Assembly (NCBI GenBank): GCA_039679545.1
Contig: JBDKUT010000054.1
Location: 1-28,679 of the forward strand
Reading direction: 5' to 3'
DNA: 28,679 bases
Source: Thermotogota bacterium
GTDB taxonomy: Bacteria > Bipolaricaulota > Bipolaricaulia > UBA7950 > UBA9294
A program made the position numbers and the translations under genes. Shown here piece after piece: positions 27,000 to 28,679 of this stretch; position 1 is the first letter of the stretch, and each line of letters opens with the position of its first letter. The notes below the pieces were generated by a model. The model was not told the DNA's origin, made no database searches, and saw only the letters and a program-made list of their open reading frames with translations.

Positions 27000-28550
27000 T
27001 CAGGCCGCCCCGAGACGGTCGCGCAGTCGGCGAGCGACCTCGTGGAGTCCCTGTTCTCCAATGTCGGGTTGATACACCCCAAACTCCGACGTGACGAAGT
27101 TCTTGAGCCGACTGCGATACCGGATCCCGTCCGTGCGTCGCTCGCGCTCGACGAGGCCCGTTTCGAGGAGGTCGGCCGGGGGTTCGTCCTCGATCAGCGA
27201 CCGGGCGCAGTTCGTCCACGCGCTGATCTGCTCGGCGGTGTATGCATCTGGAGCGTGGGCAACGAGAAACGCGAGCATGCGCCGATGGAGAGCACTCTGG
27301 CGCTCGATTCGGCTCACGAGTCGGTCGACGTGACGCACGACGGCTGGCGGCAATCCCTCGGGAGCCTCTTCCTCCGCCACATCGAGAATGCCCCACCCTG
27401 TGTGAGAGGCCACCCGCTGACGAGCAGCAAGGTTTTCCGCGGGGGGTGACCGGCGGGTGACCCCCATGAGGTGCGGCGTCAGGTTCGGGACCTCCGCCTT
27501 GTCCGCCTCGACCAATGCGACACTGGAGGCAACAGGTATTGATCCTGAGCCGGCGGCCGCGGCGGGGGGGACTTCAACCTTGATGTATCCGAGGGTGCGC
27601 GCGACGTCCTCGAGCTCTGAGATGCGTGCGTCCTTCTCGCCGAGCCTCTCCTCAAGCCGCGCCAGCTGCTCTTCCAGCTCCTGCGTCCTCGTGCGGCGCC
27701 CCTTTCCTTCGCGCGCTCGCTCGATCGCCTCGATGATCGATGCGCTGACCTGCTTGAGGGTGGGGGGCGCCACAGCGTCGAGCGTGGGCGTGAAACCGGC
27801 GTGGAATGTCGTCCGCTCCCGAACGTGGATCGGTTGCACAACGTCCCCGTTCACGAAGATGCATTGCCCCGTTTCGAGCGAGCCGATGATCTCCTTGACC
27901 TCGCTCTTCCGCCACGGGAGGAGCTCCCCGTAGACCCGCATGTCAACCTCGTGGACGACGCGGTGCAGGAGCAGAATTCCCGCCTGACTCAGCACATCCT
28001 TGTCCACCTTCGCGCTTCGCTGAGACACGACAATGGCGCCAAGACCACGTTTACGCCCCCGGAGCGCGATGCGGGCGATCAGCTCCTTCAACTCGGTCTT
28101 CACGCCCTGAGGGATGAACTCGTGGGCTTCTTCAATCCCGATGATGTACGGACGGCGGAGCTTGCCCGCGAGGTTCCACAATGCGCCCAGGTACTCCTTG
28201 AGCAGTTCGGTCCGTTCGTCCGAGAGAAAGCCGCTCAGGTCGAGAACAACAGGGACGTTCTGTTGCATGCTGACTTCGGCGATCTCCGCGGCGCAATCCG
28301 GAGTGACCTCGATCTCAACCCCGTCCCCCGTGCCCACCACGAGCACCTCGTACTTTTCCTTCAGCCCGAAGTACTCGCCTTCGATGTCGACGATCGACAT
28401 TGGGTACTGCTGGTTCAGGAGTTCCTCGAAGATCACACCCGCCGTGTTCGATTTCCCGGATCCTCGGATGCCGAGGATCGCGATGCACTGGCCGATCAGC
28501 TTCTCGAGGTCGAGGTCCAGATCGCCGCTGATGTTGAGCTGCGTCCCCAT
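27000..28550 (-). CDS. HerA/FtsK-superfamily ATPase (DUF87-type) with coiled coil and probable C-terminal winged-helix domain
   Basis: Walker A GIRGSGKS, IVDIEGEY, Walker B IEEAHEFIPQ, arginine-finger RGRKRG, SQR motif. SD GAGGGGG before ATG 28550 (alternative start 28562). Confidence 0.85.
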   Translation of the reverse strand: MGTQLNISGDLDLDLEKLIGQCIAILGIRGSGKSNTAGVIFEELLNQQYPMSIVDIEGEYFGLKEKYEVLVVGTGDGVEIEVTPDCAAEIAEVSMQQNVPVVLDLSGFLSDERTELLKEYLGALWNLAGKLRRPYIIGIEEAHEFIPQGVKTELKELIARIALRGRKRGLGAIVVSQRSAKVDKDVLSQAGILLLHRVVHEVDMRVYGELLPWRKSEVKEIIGSLETGQCIFVNGDVVQPIHVRERTTFHAGFTPTLDAVAPPTLKQVSASIIEAIERAREGKGRRTRTQELEEQLARLEERLGEKDARISELEDVARTLGYIKVEVPPAAAAGSGSIPVASSVALVEADKAEVPNLTPHLMGVTRRSPPAENLAARQRVASHTGWGILDVAEEEAPEGLPPAVVRHVDRLVSRIERQSALHRRMLAFLVAHAPDAYTAEQISAWTNCARSLIEDEPPADLLETGLVERERRTDGIRYRSRLKNFVTSEFGVYQPDIGEQGLHEVARRLRDRLGAA

Positions 28551-28679
28551 GTGCCCCCTCATCGGACGATGCGCTCCGGCTTGCTGCCGGGCGGTCCCAT
28601 CGCCCTACGGTAGGAACGCAGCTTCCCCCGATCCAGGCCGCGTGTCCCGTCGCCGCGACCGGAACGTCTCGTCCTGCGT

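Noticed and set aside
28559..28679. Open minus-strand frame ending in TGA at 28559-28561, possibly the end of an upstream gene
   Set aside because: Only about 39 codons, Arg-rich, with no recognisable motif; cannot be supported.

Overview
High-GC bacterial chromosomal segment. Most of it (2515-19805, minus strand) is one uninterrupted ribosomal-protein super-operon: str-S10-spc-alpha, running from rpsL to rplQ with secY, adk, map, infA and rpoA. It departs from the canonical layout: tuf is missing between fusA and rpsJ, rpmD (L30) is missing between rpsE and rplO, and uS11 has lost its conserved HNG tail. Upstream lies a very large rpoC (1657 aa) carrying several repeat-built insertions. rpoB is not adjacent; instead rpoC follows a small FmdB-type zinc-ribbon gene that has its own near-consensus sigma70 promoter and a structured ~105-nt leader. 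Further upstream are a PP-loop/ThiI-like protein with a degenerate catalytic motif, a long HPF, and a HerA/DUF87-type ATPase. The left end holds a partial hydantoinase/oxoprolinase gene, apparently leaderless, and an SDR-type threonine dehydrogenase. No mobile element, CRISPR array, tRNA or rRNA was seen. The best candidate for undescribed biology is the regulatory and structural organisation of the zinc-ribbon/orphan-rpoC unit, including a 10-mer it shares with the rpsL promoter region. All calls are by eye from motifs; no searches were run.
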